Below are positions 24,148-34,658 of a stretch of 64,000 nucleotides of DNA, in pieces. Positions within the stretch are counted from its first letter, which is position 1, and every line of letters begins with the position of its first letter. The stretch is from Planctomycetota bacterium (lineage in GTDB: Bacteria > Planctomycetota > UBA1135 > UBA2386), in contig OZ245838.1 in assembly GCA_965228735.1 (NCBI GenBank), positions 1,824,001 through 1,888,000 of the forward strand, given 5' to 3'. The notes under the pieces were generated by a model. That model was not told where the DNA came from and ran no database searches. It saw only the letters and a list, made by a program, of their open reading frames with translations. The translations under genes and the position numbers were made by a program.

Positions 24148-25053
24148 GTGAGCCCCCCCGCTGCCTCCCGCGACGATCGCGCGCTGGCCGACTTCCTGGT
24201 TTACCTGGGAGCGGAACTGCAGGTTTCGCCCCATACCGTCGCCGCCTACCGGCGCGACCTGAAACGCCTGCTCGACGACCGCGAGCCGAACGCCAATCGG
24301 CTTCCGGACCGCGACGCGATCGATCGGCACCTGTCGCGCCTGCTCGGCACGCATGCCCCCGCCTCGGTCGCGCGCGCCGCGGCCGCGATCCGCGGGTTCT
24401 ATCGCTTCTTGCACGCCGAAGGGCTCTGCAGTGAGGACGTCACGGACGGGCTGCTCGGCCCGGCGCTCGAACAGAAGCTGCCGAAGGCGCTCAGCCGGCG
24501 CGCCGTCGAACGCCTGCTCGATCACCGCCCCGAGGATCTGCTCGGCATCCGCGACCACGCGATCCTGCACGTGCTCTACGCGACCGGCTGTCGCGTGACC
24601 GAGATCGTGACGCTGCGGCCGAACAGCGTGATCGAGGACCACCGCCTGATCCGGGCGTTCGGCAAGGGCAACAAGGAACGGCTCGTGCCGATCTCGGACA
24701 CGGCGCTCTACTGGCTGCAGCGCTACCGCGACGAGGTCCGCCCCGAACTGCGCGCCCGGGCGAAGTCGGACCCGGGCGACGTGCTGTTCCTGTCGCGCAA
24801 CGGCCGGCCGCTCGACCGCGTGCGGATCTACCAGGTCACGAAGCGCGCGTGCGATCGCGCCGGCCTCGCGGTCGCGTGCTCCCCGCACGCCCTGCGCCAT
24901 TCGTTCGCCACCCACCTCGTCGCCGGCGGCGCCGACCTGCGCTCGGTGCAGGAGATGCTCGGGCACGCGTCACTGCAGACGACGCAGATCTACACCGCGG
25001 TGGACCACGAACGCCTGCGGCAGGTGCACAAGGACCTGCACCCGCGGGGTTAG
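24148..25053 (+). CDS. xerD: Tyrosine recombinase XerD-like
   Basis: Motifs SPHTVAAYRRDL, LPKAL, LYATGCRVTE, GKGNKERLVP, SPHALRHSFATHL, VQEMLGH.S..TTQIYT, HPRG. Confidence 0.9.
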   Translation: MSPPAASRDDRALADFLVYLGAELQVSPHTVAAYRRDLKRLLDDREPNANRLPDRDAIDRHLSRLLGTHAPASVARAAAAIRGFYRFLHAEGLCSEDVTDGLLGPALEQKLPKALSRRAVERLLDHRPEDLLGIRDHAILHVLYATGCRVTEIVTLRPNSVIEDHRLIRAFGKGNKERLVPISDTALYWLQRYRDEVRPELRARAKSDPGDVLFLSRNGRPLDRVRIYQVTKRACDRAGLAVACSPHALRHSFATHLVAGGADLRSVQEMLGHASLQTTQIYTAVDHERLRQVHKDLHPRG

Positions 25054-25077
25054 CCGTGGACGAGGCCGGGCCGCCGC

Positions 25078-26706
25078 CTACTCCGGCGGCTGCCAGCGAT
25101 ACACGTAGATCGACTCGTCGCGCTGCGGGCCGGCGCAGGCCAGCACGTCCGTGAGCTGGAATCGGTTCGCCAGCAGGGCCGCCGCGGGATCGGTTGCCGC
25201 GCGCGTCGCGATCCGGGCGTGTTCGTCGCGCAACAGCAGCACGAACAGTTCGTGCGGTCGCTCACCCCCGGTCAGCCACGCGGCCTCGGCCGCTGTCACC
25301 TGCGCGCCCAGCGTGTCGGCCGCGGCCGCGGGGTCGAGTCGTTCGACGACGATCCCGGGATGCGGGTCGCGGCGCCGACCGCGCCATTCATCGGGTCGCA
25401 GGTAGTAGACCAGGCTGTCGCGGCCCGCGCCCGCGAGCACCGTGAACCACGGCTCACTGGTGCGCTCGACGACGAGGTCACGCGCGCCGCGCCAGTCGGG
25501 CCTGCTGCCGCGCTGCGCCGTCGCGTAGAGGAACGTCGAGACGAGCAGTTCACCGGCGATCAGCAGGATCACCAGCCCCGGGATCGCCAACCTCGTGATC
25601 GACAGCGAACCCAGGAACCGACCCAACCGGGAGCCCCGTGACCCCGAACCGGGCGACCACAGGCGGTCCCAGAACTGCAGACCGACCGCGGCCGCGACGA
25701 TCGCGGCGATCGGCAACAGCAGCAGCGCATGTTCGCGGCACGGGGTGACCGCGACCGCTCCGAGCAGCGCCGGCGCACCGAGCGCCGCGGCGCTCGCGAC
25801 GAGCAGGTGCCGCACGACGCCGGCGTCGACGCCCACGCCAGCGATCGAGCCAGCCGGCGGCCACGGCAGCCGACTCGCGAGCACGACGGCGAGCGCGACG
25901 GGCAATCCGAGCGCCGCGACCTGCTCGACGAGCACCGGGCCGAGCGCCACCACGTCGCCGTTCTCCGCGGGACCGGCGAACCACCGGACCGCGAAGGTGA
26001 CCACGATCACGCCGAGCGCCATCGCGCCGGCGAACACGCGGCCCTGGACGCGTCCGATCCCACCGCGCCGCAGGACGAGCCCGAACCCGAGGACCGCCAC
26101 CGCGAGCCAGCCGAGCGGGTGGCACCAGCCCGCGACGACGAGCGCACCGGCGCCGAAGCCGTTGAGCCAACGCGCGTCGTCGATCTGGTAGCGCGCCGCC
26201 GCGATGCTGGCGACGCCGAGCATCGCGAACGTCATCGCCGGGCCGTGGCCGGACGCGGTCTGGCTCACCTCGATGTGCCACGGGTGGACCGCGAGGATCG
26301 CCGCGGCGAGCAGGCCGATTCGCCGCGCGGCGAACACGTCGACCGCCAGCGCGAGCAGGGGCACGGTCAACGTCGAGAGGAACAGGAACGGCAGCCGCAG
26401 CCAGCCCTCGCCGTGCATCGGCAGCACGCCGCCGTCGAACAGCACGCGCAGCAGGACCGCGAGCAGGGACCAGCGGCTGGCGCCGGCCGCCTCACCGACC
26501 GCCGTCGCGTCGCGCCACATCGCCGCCTCGGCTGCGGACACGGACCAGACCTCGACGCGCCACAAGCGCAGCGCCACAGCACCGATCGTCACGAGCAGCA
26601 GGATCGCGAGCTCGCCCCGCGTCCAGCCGAGCACCCCGGTTGCCGACGCGGTGCCAGCGCGTGCGGCGTCGGCGCTCGTGTCGGTCCTGACCATCGCGCG
26701 CAACAT
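25078..26706 (-). CDS. GT-C fold (PMT/GT39-like) membrane glycosyltransferase
   Basis: Multi-TM; ALRLWR, EGWLRLP, HPWHIEVSQ and DWRGA motifs. Confidence 0.65.
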   Translation of the reverse strand: MLRAMVRTDTSADAARAGTASATGVLGWTRGELAILLLVTIGAVALRLWRVEVWSVSAAEAAMWRDATAVGEAAGASRWSLLAVLLRVLFDGGVLPMHGEGWLRLPFLFLSTLTVPLLALAVDVFAARRIGLLAAAILAVHPWHIEVSQTASGHGPAMTFAMLGVASIAAARYQIDDARWLNGFGAGALVVAGWCHPLGWLAVAVLGFGLVLRRGGIGRVQGRVFAGAMALGVIVVTFAVRWFAGPAENGDVVALGPVLVEQVAALGLPVALAVVLASRLPWPPAGSIAGVGVDAGVVRHLLVASAAALGAPALLGAVAVTPCREHALLLLPIAAIVAAAVGLQFWDRLWSPGSGSRGSRLGRFLGSLSITRLAIPGLVILLIAGELLVSTFLYATAQRGSRPDWRGARDLVVERTSEPWFTVLAGAGRDSLVYYLRPDEWRGRRRDPHPGIVVERLDPAAAADTLGAQVTAAEAAWLTGGERPHELFVLLLRDEHARIATRAATDPAAALLANRFQLTDVLACAGPQRDESIYVYRWQPPE

Positions 26707-26733
26707 AGTGGAACCGGACTTGTTGCGACACGG

Positions 26734-29439
26734 ATGAACCGGCATCGTGGCGCCGTGAGTCCGAGCGCCGGGTCACCTACGCGCCGTCAGCGCCTGCAGG
26801 CGCTGGCGCTCGCCGCATTGTGCGCCGTGCTGTTCCTGCGCGATGCGCTCGTGCCCGGCACGGCGCTCGTGCCGTTCCCACCGGAGCGGTTCGAGGTGCA
26901 GCGCGCCGAGGCCCGCGCGGCCGGCACGTTCGACCCGGAGGACGCGCAGCGCGGCAACGCGAGCGGCGGTGACAAGTACATGCAGTCGCTCGCGTGGGAC
27001 CGGATCATGGCGGATCGGTTCCGGGCGTTGGACTTCCCGCTGTGGACCCGCGACATCGCGGCGGGCGCGCCGTTCGTGCCGCAGATGGCGCAGGTCTACG
27101 AACCGGTGAACCTGCTGCTCTTCGTGCTGCCGAGCGTCGAGTGGTACGGCGTGTGGTTCTTCCTGCACCAGGTGCTGTTCGGGTTCTTCTGCTACCTGTT
27201 CCTGCGGCGGCTCGGCGTGTCGCATCTCGCCGGTCTGTTGAGCGTCGTCGCGGCCTGTCTCGGGCTGTGGACGCAGTGCAAGATCCACCACAATGTCATC
27301 CTCACGGCGGCGCTGCCGCTCTGGCCGATGCTGAGCTGCGTGTGGGATCTGGCTGATCGGGGTCGGGCTGATCGGGGTTGGGCCCAGGCTCCACCGGGCG
27401 AGGACGCCCGCCGCCGCCGCCGAACGATCGCGGCGCTCGCGCTCTGGACCGGCATCTCGTGGCTGTCGGGTTTCGCCGTCGTGAGCCTGCAGGTCAGCTA
27501 CCTCGTCGTCCTGTTCACCGGTCTGCTCGCGCTGCGCGCGCCGCGCGGCGAACGGTTCCGGCTGCTGCTCGCGGTCGGCATCGGCATGGGCCTCGGCGGG
27601 CTGCTGTCGTGCGCCCACATGATCCCGGTGCTGCAGGCATCCGCGATCTCCTCCCGCGACGGCGGCTGGAACCCCGAGTTCCTCCGCGCGCACGGCCTCG
27701 AGTGGGATCACGCGCTCACGCTCTGGTGGCCCGACCTGCTGACCTGGGCGAGCGATCGGTTCTATCCGAATCCGAAGAACGAGCTCGGCGACCTCACCCG
27801 CATGCCGTGGTCGCAGCTCGTGCTGCTGCACGCCCCGCGCAGCCCCGTCACGGGCGGCTGGTTCCAGAGCTGGGTCGAGACGGCGTTCGCGGTCGGCACC
27901 GTGCCGCTCGCCTGCGTCGCGACCGCGCTGCTCGACCGCGGCCGGCGGGCGTTCGTGGTCTTTTTCGCGACTGTTGGCGCGCTGGCCTTCGGGTTCGCGC
28001 TCGCGGACGAACCGCTGCTGTCGGTCACGCGCTTCGTGCCGGGCATCGGCGCCGCCGACCTGCGCCGGCTGCTGTTCCTCACCGCGATGGCGCTCGTCGT
28101 GCTCACCGGCATCGGGGCGGACGTCCTGCTGCGGGGTGCCGCGCGCTGGCCCGCGTTCGTCGTGCTCGGCATCGGCGTGATCGGCGCCGTCGTCGCGATG
28201 CTGACGCTGCACACGGGTGACGACACCGCGTTCGCGCGCGCCATCGCCGACCTCATCGCCGCCGACGCCGACCACCCCGAAGTCGCGGGCGGCGACGCGG
28301 CGATCATCGCGAGCGCGATGCAGAGCGCCGCGGCACCCGGCGAACTCGCGAACAACCGCGCCGCACTGTTCGCCACCTGGCTCCGCGCGCTGCTCGTCGG
28401 CGGCCTCGGCATCACCGCCATCGCGTTGCTGCGGCGGTTCGCCACGCCGGTCATGCTCGGCCTCGTCGCGCTCACCGCGATCGAACTCGTCCAGACCGGC
28501 CTCGGGCCGGTGCAGACCGTGCCGGCCGAGCGCGTGACGACGCCACCGAAAGCCGTGGCTCCGGTGCTCGCGGCCACGCGCGCGAACTCGATCGACGGCG
28601 GCGGCAACGGCGTGCGGCCGCGCTTCGCATGCCTCGCCGGCGAACGGTCCCGCCAGATCCTGTCGTGGTATCCGGCCAACCTGCCGGGCTGCCACGGCAT
28701 CGAGGACGCCACGGGCTACAACCCGCTCCCGGCCCGCCGCTTCGAGGACTTCTTCACGGCCATCGAGCCGAACGCGCAGAACAAGGCCGACGTCGCGTTC
28801 GGCGGCGCGGGTGTCGGCGCGTTCCACGCCGAGGCGTCGCTGCATCACCCGCTGAGCGACCTGTTCGGCATCCGCTACGTGCTGACGAAGCAGGACGTGG
28901 CTGCGAGCGCGACGTTGCGCGATGTCACGCCGGCGGGCACCGGCCCGCATCATCGCCTGCTCGAGCGCACGACGACGCTGCCGCGCGCGACGCTCGTGCG
29001 GCAGGTCGACGTGCTGCCGGACCGCGACGAACGCCTCGCCGCCCTGACGCGCGCGGACCGTGACGTGCGGAACCGCATCGTGCTCGAGGATCCCGACGCG
29101 AAGATCCCGCCCCCGACCCCACCGGGCACGGGCCCCGACGTCGTCACGATCGTCCGGCACGAGGACGAACGCGTCGTCGTCCGCGTGACGGCGAGCGCGC
29201 CGGCCTATCTGCGCCTCGCCGACCCGTACGATCCGGGCTGGCGCGCGACGGTCGACGGCGCCGACACGCCCGTGCTGCCGGCCGATCATTACCTGCGCGC
29301 CGTCTGGGTCCCGGAAGGCGAGCACGAGGTAGTCTTCTCCTTTGATGGAATGCGCGTCCGCTGGCCGCGCTGGTTGAGTCTCACTGCCCTGCTGGCGATC
29401 GTCGCGCTCCTCGTCCGACCGCGCCTTTCGCGCGCATGA
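26734..29439 (+). CDS. YfhO-family membrane glycosyltransferase
   Basis: PLW....AG.PF, multiple TMs, GYNPL, LFGIRYVL, LPRA, YDPGWRATVDG. Confidence 0.8.
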   Translation: MNRHRGAVSPSAGSPTRRQRLQALALAALCAVLFLRDALVPGTALVPFPPERFEVQRAEARAAGTFDPEDAQRGNASGGDKYMQSLAWDRIMADRFRALDFPLWTRDIAAGAPFVPQMAQVYEPVNLLLFVLPSVEWYGVWFFLHQVLFGFFCYLFLRRLGVSHLAGLLSVVAACLGLWTQCKIHHNVILTAALPLWPMLSCVWDLADRGRADRGWAQAPPGEDARRRRRTIAALALWTGISWLSGFAVVSLQVSYLVVLFTGLLALRAPRGERFRLLLAVGIGMGLGGLLSCAHMIPVLQASAISSRDGGWNPEFLRAHGLEWDHALTLWWPDLLTWASDRFYPNPKNELGDLTRMPWSQLVLLHAPRSPVTGGWFQSWVETAFAVGTVPLACVATALLDRGRRAFVVFFATVGALAFGFALADEPLLSVTRFVPGIGAADLRRLLFLTAMALVVLTGIGADVLLRGAARWPAFVVLGIGVIGAVVAMLTLHTGDDTAFARAIADLIAADADHPEVAGGDAAIIASAMQSAAAPGELANNRAALFATWLRALLVGGLGITAIALLRRFATPVMLGLVALTAIELVQTGLGPVQTVPAERVTTPPKAVAPVLAATRANSIDGGGNGVRPRFACLAGERSRQILSWYPANLPGCHGIEDATGYNPLPARRFEDFFTAIEPNAQNKADVAFGGAGVGAFHAEASLHHPLSDLFGIRYVLTKQDVAASATLRDVTPAGTGPHHRLLERTTTLPRATLVRQVDVLPDRDERLAALTRADRDVRNRIVLEDPDAKIPPPTPPGTGPDVVTIVRHEDERVVVRVTASAPAYLRLADPYDPGWRATVDGADTPVLPADHYLRAVWVPEGEHEVVFSFDGMRVRWPRWLSLTALLAIVALLVRPRLSRA

Positions 29440-32042
29440 ACGACACGCTGAAGAACTGGCTGCTGTACGGCGCGCTCGCGCTGCTGCCCGTCGTGTGGCT
29501 CTGGCCCGCGGCGTTCGCCGGCAACACGTTCGTGCCGTTCGACCCGGCGCGGTTCCCGCCCGTGTCGATGACGCTGAGTGCCGACGAGCTCGCCGCGGTG
29601 CACGAAGGCGCCAACCTCGACGTGACCGAGGTCTGGCCGTGGTTCCTCCCCGAAACCGAGCTCGTCGCCGAACGCACCGGGCCGTGGCAGATCTCCACGT
29701 GGAACCCGCACGCGCGATCCGGCGCACCGATCCAGGAGCACGGCCTCGACGCGCTGCTCTACCCGCCGCAACGCGCCGCCCTGTTCGTCGACGAACCGCG
29801 TGACCTGCTCGTGTGGCAATGCTGGCTGAGCCTCGCGCTCGCCGGCGTCTTCCTCGCCGGCCTGCTGCGCGAGGTCAAGCTCCCGCACATGGCGGCGTTC
29901 TTCGGCGCCGCGTCGTTCGAACTCTCGACCACGCTTGCCGTCAACTCGTTCTTCTGGATGCGGCTCGCGGCGCTGATCTGGCTGCCGGCGATCCTCTGGG
30001 CGCTCATGCGCCTCTCGCACGGCAAGCGCTATCGCGCCGGTCCCCTGATCGCGACCGCGGTCGCCGTCGCGATGCCGTGGCTCGCGGGCTTTCCGCCGTA
30101 CGCGGTCGCCGGGCTGTTCGTCGCCGGCTTGCTGGCCGCGATGCTCGTGCTCGAACGCTTCGCGCGCGACGGCATCTACGCCGGCCGCGCGCTCGCGCTG
30201 CGCTTCGCGGTCGCCGTCTTTCTCGGACTGCTGCTCGCAGCACCACAGCTGCTGCCGTCGTTCTGGTTGTTCACGTTCGAGTCGGCGCGCTCGGCCAACC
30301 CGGGCATCGAAGTGCTGCACGCGACGCGGTTCGACACCTACGGTCTGCTCGGCTACCTCATGCCCGACGCGTTCGGCCACCCGATCGACGGGCGACAGGT
30401 GCCGTATGCCCAGACGCCGCTCCCGTACCTGTGGATGGATCGCTACGGCGGCGACGGCCGGCTCGCGCCGTCGAACTACAACTACACCGAGTACTCGGTG
30501 TTCTTCGGCACACTCGGGGTCCTGCTCGCCGGCTACGGCGCGGTGCGCGGCCGCCAGCATCGCCGCTGGTGGCTCCTGCTCGTGCTCGGCGCGCTGTTCG
30601 GGCTCGCGCTCTTCCTGCCGGTCGTGCGCTGGCTGTTCTACCTGCCGTTCTTCAAGAGCGTGTTCGCGATGCGCTGGCTCGCGGTCGCGACGCCGCTGCT
30701 GTGCTGGCTCGCCGCGATCGGCTACGACCGCCTGGCGCTCGTCGAACGACGCAGCGTCGTCCGCCTCGCGCTCGTCGCGTTCGGGCTCGCGGTTCTCGCG
30801 TTCTGGCTGCCGGGCCTGCCGGCCGCGTGGCACGCGGACGACCCGAACTGGCTGGCGCAGTCGATCGCGGACCGCTACGGCATTCCGGTCGAGGGTGCGG
30901 CCGGGCACCTGCTCGCCGGCAGCCAGGGCGCCGACTGGTTCGCCATCGCGCTCGCACGCTTCGCCACGGCCGGCACGACCGCCGGCTGGTGGCTGCTGCT
31001 CGCGGGCGGCCTGCTGCTCGGCTACGCGCTCGTGCGTTCCGACCGCCAGCGCGAATGGCTGCGGCTCCTGCTGCCGCTCGCCGCGATCGTGCAACTCGGC
31101 CTGCAAGGTGGCGCGCTCGTGCCCGGGCAGCGGCTCGCGCACGACACCGAGACCGCGGTCCACGCGTTCCTGCGTGAACGCGCTGACGCCGACACGGCGG
31201 AAGGCGGCGGTGGCTTCATGATCGCGCGCGGCAGCCCGGTCGCGACGCTGCCGATCCAGCTGCCGCCGGGCCAGCTCATGCACCGCGGTATCCGTGACCT
31301 GCAGTTCTACAGCCACGGCGACAAGCGCTGGATCGAGGCGCTGCGCCAAGCGCTGGGCCTGCCGGCGACGAAGTCCGGCAAGAGCTACTTCGATCTCACG
31401 CTGACCCCGGAGCAACTCGCGCATCCGCTGTTCGATCTGTTCGGCGTGCGCTACGTGCTCGCGACGGTAGCGATGCCGGGGCTCGGCGACCCGGTCGGCC
31501 CCGAGTTCGTCGGCGCGCGCGGCGGTCGGTTCCTCGTCTACGAACGCACTTCGGCGCTGCCGCGCGCGTTCACCGTCGGTGAGGTCATCGACTGCGGCAG
31601 CGACGACGCCGTCCTCGAGCGCATGGTGAGCGGGTCGACCGACTGGCCCCGGCAGGCGCTCGTCGCCGCCGCCCCCGCGAGCAGTGCCACCACAACGGAT
31701 CCCGCCGGCGACCGAATCGTGCGCTTCGTGACCGACGATCCGACGACGATCGAACTCGAGATCGAGGCCGGCGGTGACCGTTGGCTCGTGCTCACGGATA
31801 CGTGGTTTCCCGGATGGAGCGTCACGGTCGACGGTGCCGCCGCTGCCATCGAACGTTGCAACCACTGCCAGCGTCTCGTGCGCCTGCCCGCGTCGGCCTG
31901 CCGCGTACGCTTCGACTACACGACCAACCTCCTCACGCCGGCGCTGCTGTTGCATATCGCCGCACTGCTTGTACTCGTCGTGATCTTCGTCCGGAGTCGG
32001 CGCTCAAGAGCGCCATCGAACGGTGACGAAACAAGTGCGTGA
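29436..32042 (+). CDS. YfhO-family membrane glycosyltransferase
   Basis: WNP...SG.P, multiple TMs, LFGVRYVL, LPRAF, WFPGWSVTVDG; ATGA coupling. Confidence 0.8.
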   Translation: MNDTLKNWLLYGALALLPVVWLWPAAFAGNTFVPFDPARFPPVSMTLSADELAAVHEGANLDVTEVWPWFLPETELVAERTGPWQISTWNPHARSGAPIQEHGLDALLYPPQRAALFVDEPRDLLVWQCWLSLALAGVFLAGLLREVKLPHMAAFFGAASFELSTTLAVNSFFWMRLAALIWLPAILWALMRLSHGKRYRAGPLIATAVAVAMPWLAGFPPYAVAGLFVAGLLAAMLVLERFARDGIYAGRALALRFAVAVFLGLLLAAPQLLPSFWLFTFESARSANPGIEVLHATRFDTYGLLGYLMPDAFGHPIDGRQVPYAQTPLPYLWMDRYGGDGRLAPSNYNYTEYSVFFGTLGVLLAGYGAVRGRQHRRWWLLLVLGALFGLALFLPVVRWLFYLPFFKSVFAMRWLAVATPLLCWLAAIGYDRLALVERRSVVRLALVAFGLAVLAFWLPGLPAAWHADDPNWLAQSIADRYGIPVEGAAGHLLAGSQGADWFAIALARFATAGTTAGWWLLLAGGLLLGYALVRSDRQREWLRLLLPLAAIVQLGLQGGALVPGQRLAHDTETAVHAFLRERADADTAEGGGGFMIARGSPVATLPIQLPPGQLMHRGIRDLQFYSHGDKRWIEALRQALGLPATKSGKSYFDLTLTPEQLAHPLFDLFGVRYVLATVAMPGLGDPVGPEFVGARGGRFLVYERTSALPRAFTVGEVIDCGSDDAVLERMVSGSTDWPRQALVAAAPASSATTTDPAGDRIVRFVTDDPTTIELEIEAGGDRWLVLTDTWFPGWSVTVDGAAAAIERCNHCQRLVRLPASACRVRFDYTTNLLTPALLLHIAALLVLVVIFVRSRRSRAPSNGDETSA

Positions 32043-32085
32043 CCCGTTCGCAGCGTGAGCGCCGGCCCCGCCGGCGAGAGCTCCA

Positions 32086-33471
32086 ATGAGCCTCTATGGC
32101 TCGGGTCGCCGCGAAGGCGTCCTCGCCGTCGTCGTGATGGCGTTCCTCGTCCTCGCCGTGCACGCGCTCGGTGAGGCGCGACGCGACGGGCTGTGGCCGT
32201 TCGACTGGCAGGAGCCGCTGCCCCACGCCGTGATCGCGAGCGTCGCGGGCACGACGTTCTACCGCTTCCTGCGCGGCCTCGGCCGCAGTCGCTACGTGTC
32301 GTTCCTCGCGGGCACGGCCTACGCGCTCGCCCCGTGGTTCCACGCGATGACCGTGCTGCCGCGCGAGCAGGCCGCGGCCGCGCTCGCGCCGCTCGCCCTC
32401 GAGGCGTGCAACCGCGCGGGCCGACCGGACCAGTCGCGCCGTTGGCTGCCATGGACCGGCCTGCTCATCGGGGCGCCGTTCCTCGCGGGCCTGACGACGA
32501 TTGCCTGCCTGGCCGCACTGCTCGCGGTCGTGCAGCTCGGGCGCGCGATCGTCGAGGTCGAGTCCGAGGACCGCCCGCAGCGCATCGTCGGCGTCGCCGG
32601 CGCGGTGATCTTCGGCGCCGGCACGGCGTTCGCGCTGATCTGGCTCGACCTCGCGATGCCGTGGTTCGGCCTGTCGTTCGCCCCCACCACGGTCGAGGTG
32701 CTCGCCGCGCACCGCTCACCGGCCGGCGGCCTCGACGTCGCCGCGTTCGTGCGGCTGCCCGGGCCGATCCTGTTGCTCTTCGCGCTGCTCGGCATCATGC
32801 GTTGGCAGCGTCACGCGAGCAACACTGGCTGGCTCATGATCGCGCTCGTCGGCGCGATCCCGATGCTGCTGCTCACGTTCTGGCCGACGTTCGGCGAGCT
32901 GCGCAGCACCTGGCCGGTGCTCGGGCAGATCGCCGTCGCGAGTTGGTGGACGACCCTGCTCGCGATCACGGTGCTCGGCGCCGCGGGCCTCGACGACTTC
33001 CTCGAGATGCCGGTGCGCCGGCCGATCGTGCTGCGCCTGCTGCTGATGATCGCCGTCGTCGCGACGCCGGTATTGCTGTTCTACTCGGCGGCCCCGGCGA
33101 GCGAGTGGCCGATCGCGCTCGGCCTCCTGGCCGTCACCGCGCTGATGCTCACGTGGCGCCGGCTCGGGATCCTGCACTTCAAGAACGTGCTCGCGCTGTT
33201 TGCCGTGGTCGCGTTCGCCGCGCCCGCGCTGCAGGTCATCGCGGTGACCGAGCACACGACGATCCTGCACCTGCCGTCGCTGCCGATGACCGAGGTCGAC
33301 CCGCTCGCGCGCTTCGAACGCGAAGGCTGGCTCTACCTCGCCTCGCGGCCGTGGCAGTACTACTCGGGCCTCGTCGTCGCCGTCGTCTGGGGCGGAATCG
33401 CGATGTTCGCGCTGCGGCGCAGGAGCAGGGCGAGAACGGCGCCCGCGAACGCCAGGCAACCCATCGCGTAG
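32086..33471 (+). CDS. Multi-pass membrane protein, YfhO-like TM core only
   Basis: Many TM helices; FYRFLRGLGRS...AYAL and LGAAGLD resemble segments of the two upstream genes. Confidence 0.6.
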   Translation: MSLYGSGRREGVLAVVVMAFLVLAVHALGEARRDGLWPFDWQEPLPHAVIASVAGTTFYRFLRGLGRSRYVSFLAGTAYALAPWFHAMTVLPREQAAAALAPLALEACNRAGRPDQSRRWLPWTGLLIGAPFLAGLTTIACLAALLAVVQLGRAIVEVESEDRPQRIVGVAGAVIFGAGTAFALIWLDLAMPWFGLSFAPTTVEVLAAHRSPAGGLDVAAFVRLPGPILLLFALLGIMRWQRHASNTGWLMIALVGAIPMLLLTFWPTFGELRSTWPVLGQIAVASWWTTLLAITVLGAAGLDDFLEMPVRRPIVLRLLLMIAVVATPVLLFYSAAPASEWPIALGLLAVTALMLTWRRLGILHFKNVLALFAVVAFAAPALQVIAVTEHTTILHLPSLPMTEVDPLARFEREGWLYLASRPWQYYSGLVVAVVWGGIAMFALRRRSRARTAPANARQPIA

Positions 33472-34577
33472 AACGCGACGGCCGGCGATCGTTCGAACAG
33501 GTAGCCGCCGAGCAGCGCCGCGAGCACGATGCCGCCGCCCATCGAGGCCGCGCCGTGCAGCCCCTGGGCCGTCGCGCGCTGGCGCCTCGGCACGCGCCGC
33601 TCGATCGCGCCCAGCGTGCCGAGGAACGTGCAGCCGAACGAGAACGCGTGCAGCCAGTTGCTGCAGAGCAGCAGCGACAGCTCGACCGTGGAGCCGAGGA
33701 GCCCCCAGCGCACCGCGGCGAGCACGCCGCCCGTCACGAGCAGCGTCGTCGGTCGCAGCCGTTCGACCCCGCCGCGCAGCCAGACGAACAGCACGACCTC
33801 GGCGAGCACGCCCTCGGCCCACAGCACTCCTGTCGCGCTCTCCGCGATGCCGTGGTCCTGCCAGTGGATCGCGGAGAAGTTGTAGTAGACCGCGTGGCTG
33901 CCCTGGATCAGCCCGGCGCTCACGAGCAACAGCACGAACGGGCGGTTGCTGAGCAACTGCAGCACGGGCGAGCGCCCGGCGGCGGCCGCCGCGGGTTCGT
34001 CCGGATCGGGCGGCTCCGGGAACGCGTCGTCGGACGGCAGCCCGGCACAGCTCAGCGTCATCACGACGAGCGCGCCGGCGAGCAGCCAGTAGATCGTCGC
34101 GTCCGATGCGACGTCGAGCCAGAGGCCGGCGAGCAGCACGGCGATCAGGAACGCGAGCGACCCGACGGCCCGCACCCGACTGAACCCGAACCCGGCGAGC
34201 CGGCCCGTGCGCAGCGCCAACGCGTCGTGGATCGAGTGGATCGGCGGGTAGCAGCAGCCGAAGACGAACGCCCAGAGCATCAGCGCAAAGACCGAGTGCG
34301 CGGTCCACATCCCGGCAAACGCGAGGCAGCTGCCGAGACTCAGGATGGTCAGCGTCTGCCTGGTGCGGCCCGTGCGATCGACGCGCTGCGACCACAGCGG
34401 CCCGGCGAACATGCGCGCGACCGTCTGCGCCGACCACACCCACGCGACCTCCTGCTCCGCGACGCCGCGCTCGTTGCGCAGCCACAGCGGGAAGAACGTC
34501 ATGAACACGGCGAGCACCGTGAACGAGGTCGCGTAGAACCCCGCGACACCGAGCCAGGAACGCAACGGACCAGCCAA
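33360..34577 (-). CDS. MFS transporter (HcaT/MFS_1-like)
   Basis: About 12 TMs; FFPLWL, VRAVGSLAF, SHAVYYNF, LWAEGVLAE, LHAFSFG. Confidence 0.85.
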   Translation of the reverse strand: MAGPLRSWLGVAGFYATSFTVLAVFMTFFPLWLRNERGVAEQEVAWVWSAQTVARMFAGPLWSQRVDRTGRTRQTLTILSLGSCLAFAGMWTAHSVFALMLWAFVFGCCYPPIHSIHDALALRTGRLAGFGFSRVRAVGSLAFLIAVLLAGLWLDVASDATIYWLLAGALVVMTLSCAGLPSDDAFPEPPDPDEPAAAAAGRSPVLQLLSNRPFVLLLVSAGLIQGSHAVYYNFSAIHWQDHGIAESATGVLWAEGVLAEVVLFVWLRGGVERLRPTTLLVTGGVLAAVRWGLLGSTVELSLLLCSNWLHAFSFGCTFLGTLGAIERRVPRRQRATAQGLHGAASMGGGIVLAALLGGYLFERSPAVAFYAMGCLAFAGAVLALLLRRSANIAIPPQTTATTRPE

Positions 34578-34658
34578 GCGCCGAGTCTACCCAGCCGCCG
34601 CCCCGCACAGAAAGGGGATCACGGCAACGGGATCACGGCAACCGAGCGAGACGCCGGT

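Noticed and set aside
24148..25053. Tyrosine recombinase as a second mobile element
   Set aside because: Canonical XerD-like motifs in a housekeeping context, with no att sites or cargo.
33360..33471. 112-bp convergent overlap between the membrane protein and MFS genes
   Set aside because: Tail-to-tail overlaps are common in GC-rich genomes; no evidence of function.
34615..34642. Short tandem duplications (gggatcacggcaac x2; similar 15-bp duplications near 1650, 22725, 23365 and 27352)
   Set aside because: Isolated slippage-type repeats in linkers or intergenic DNA with no shared motif.
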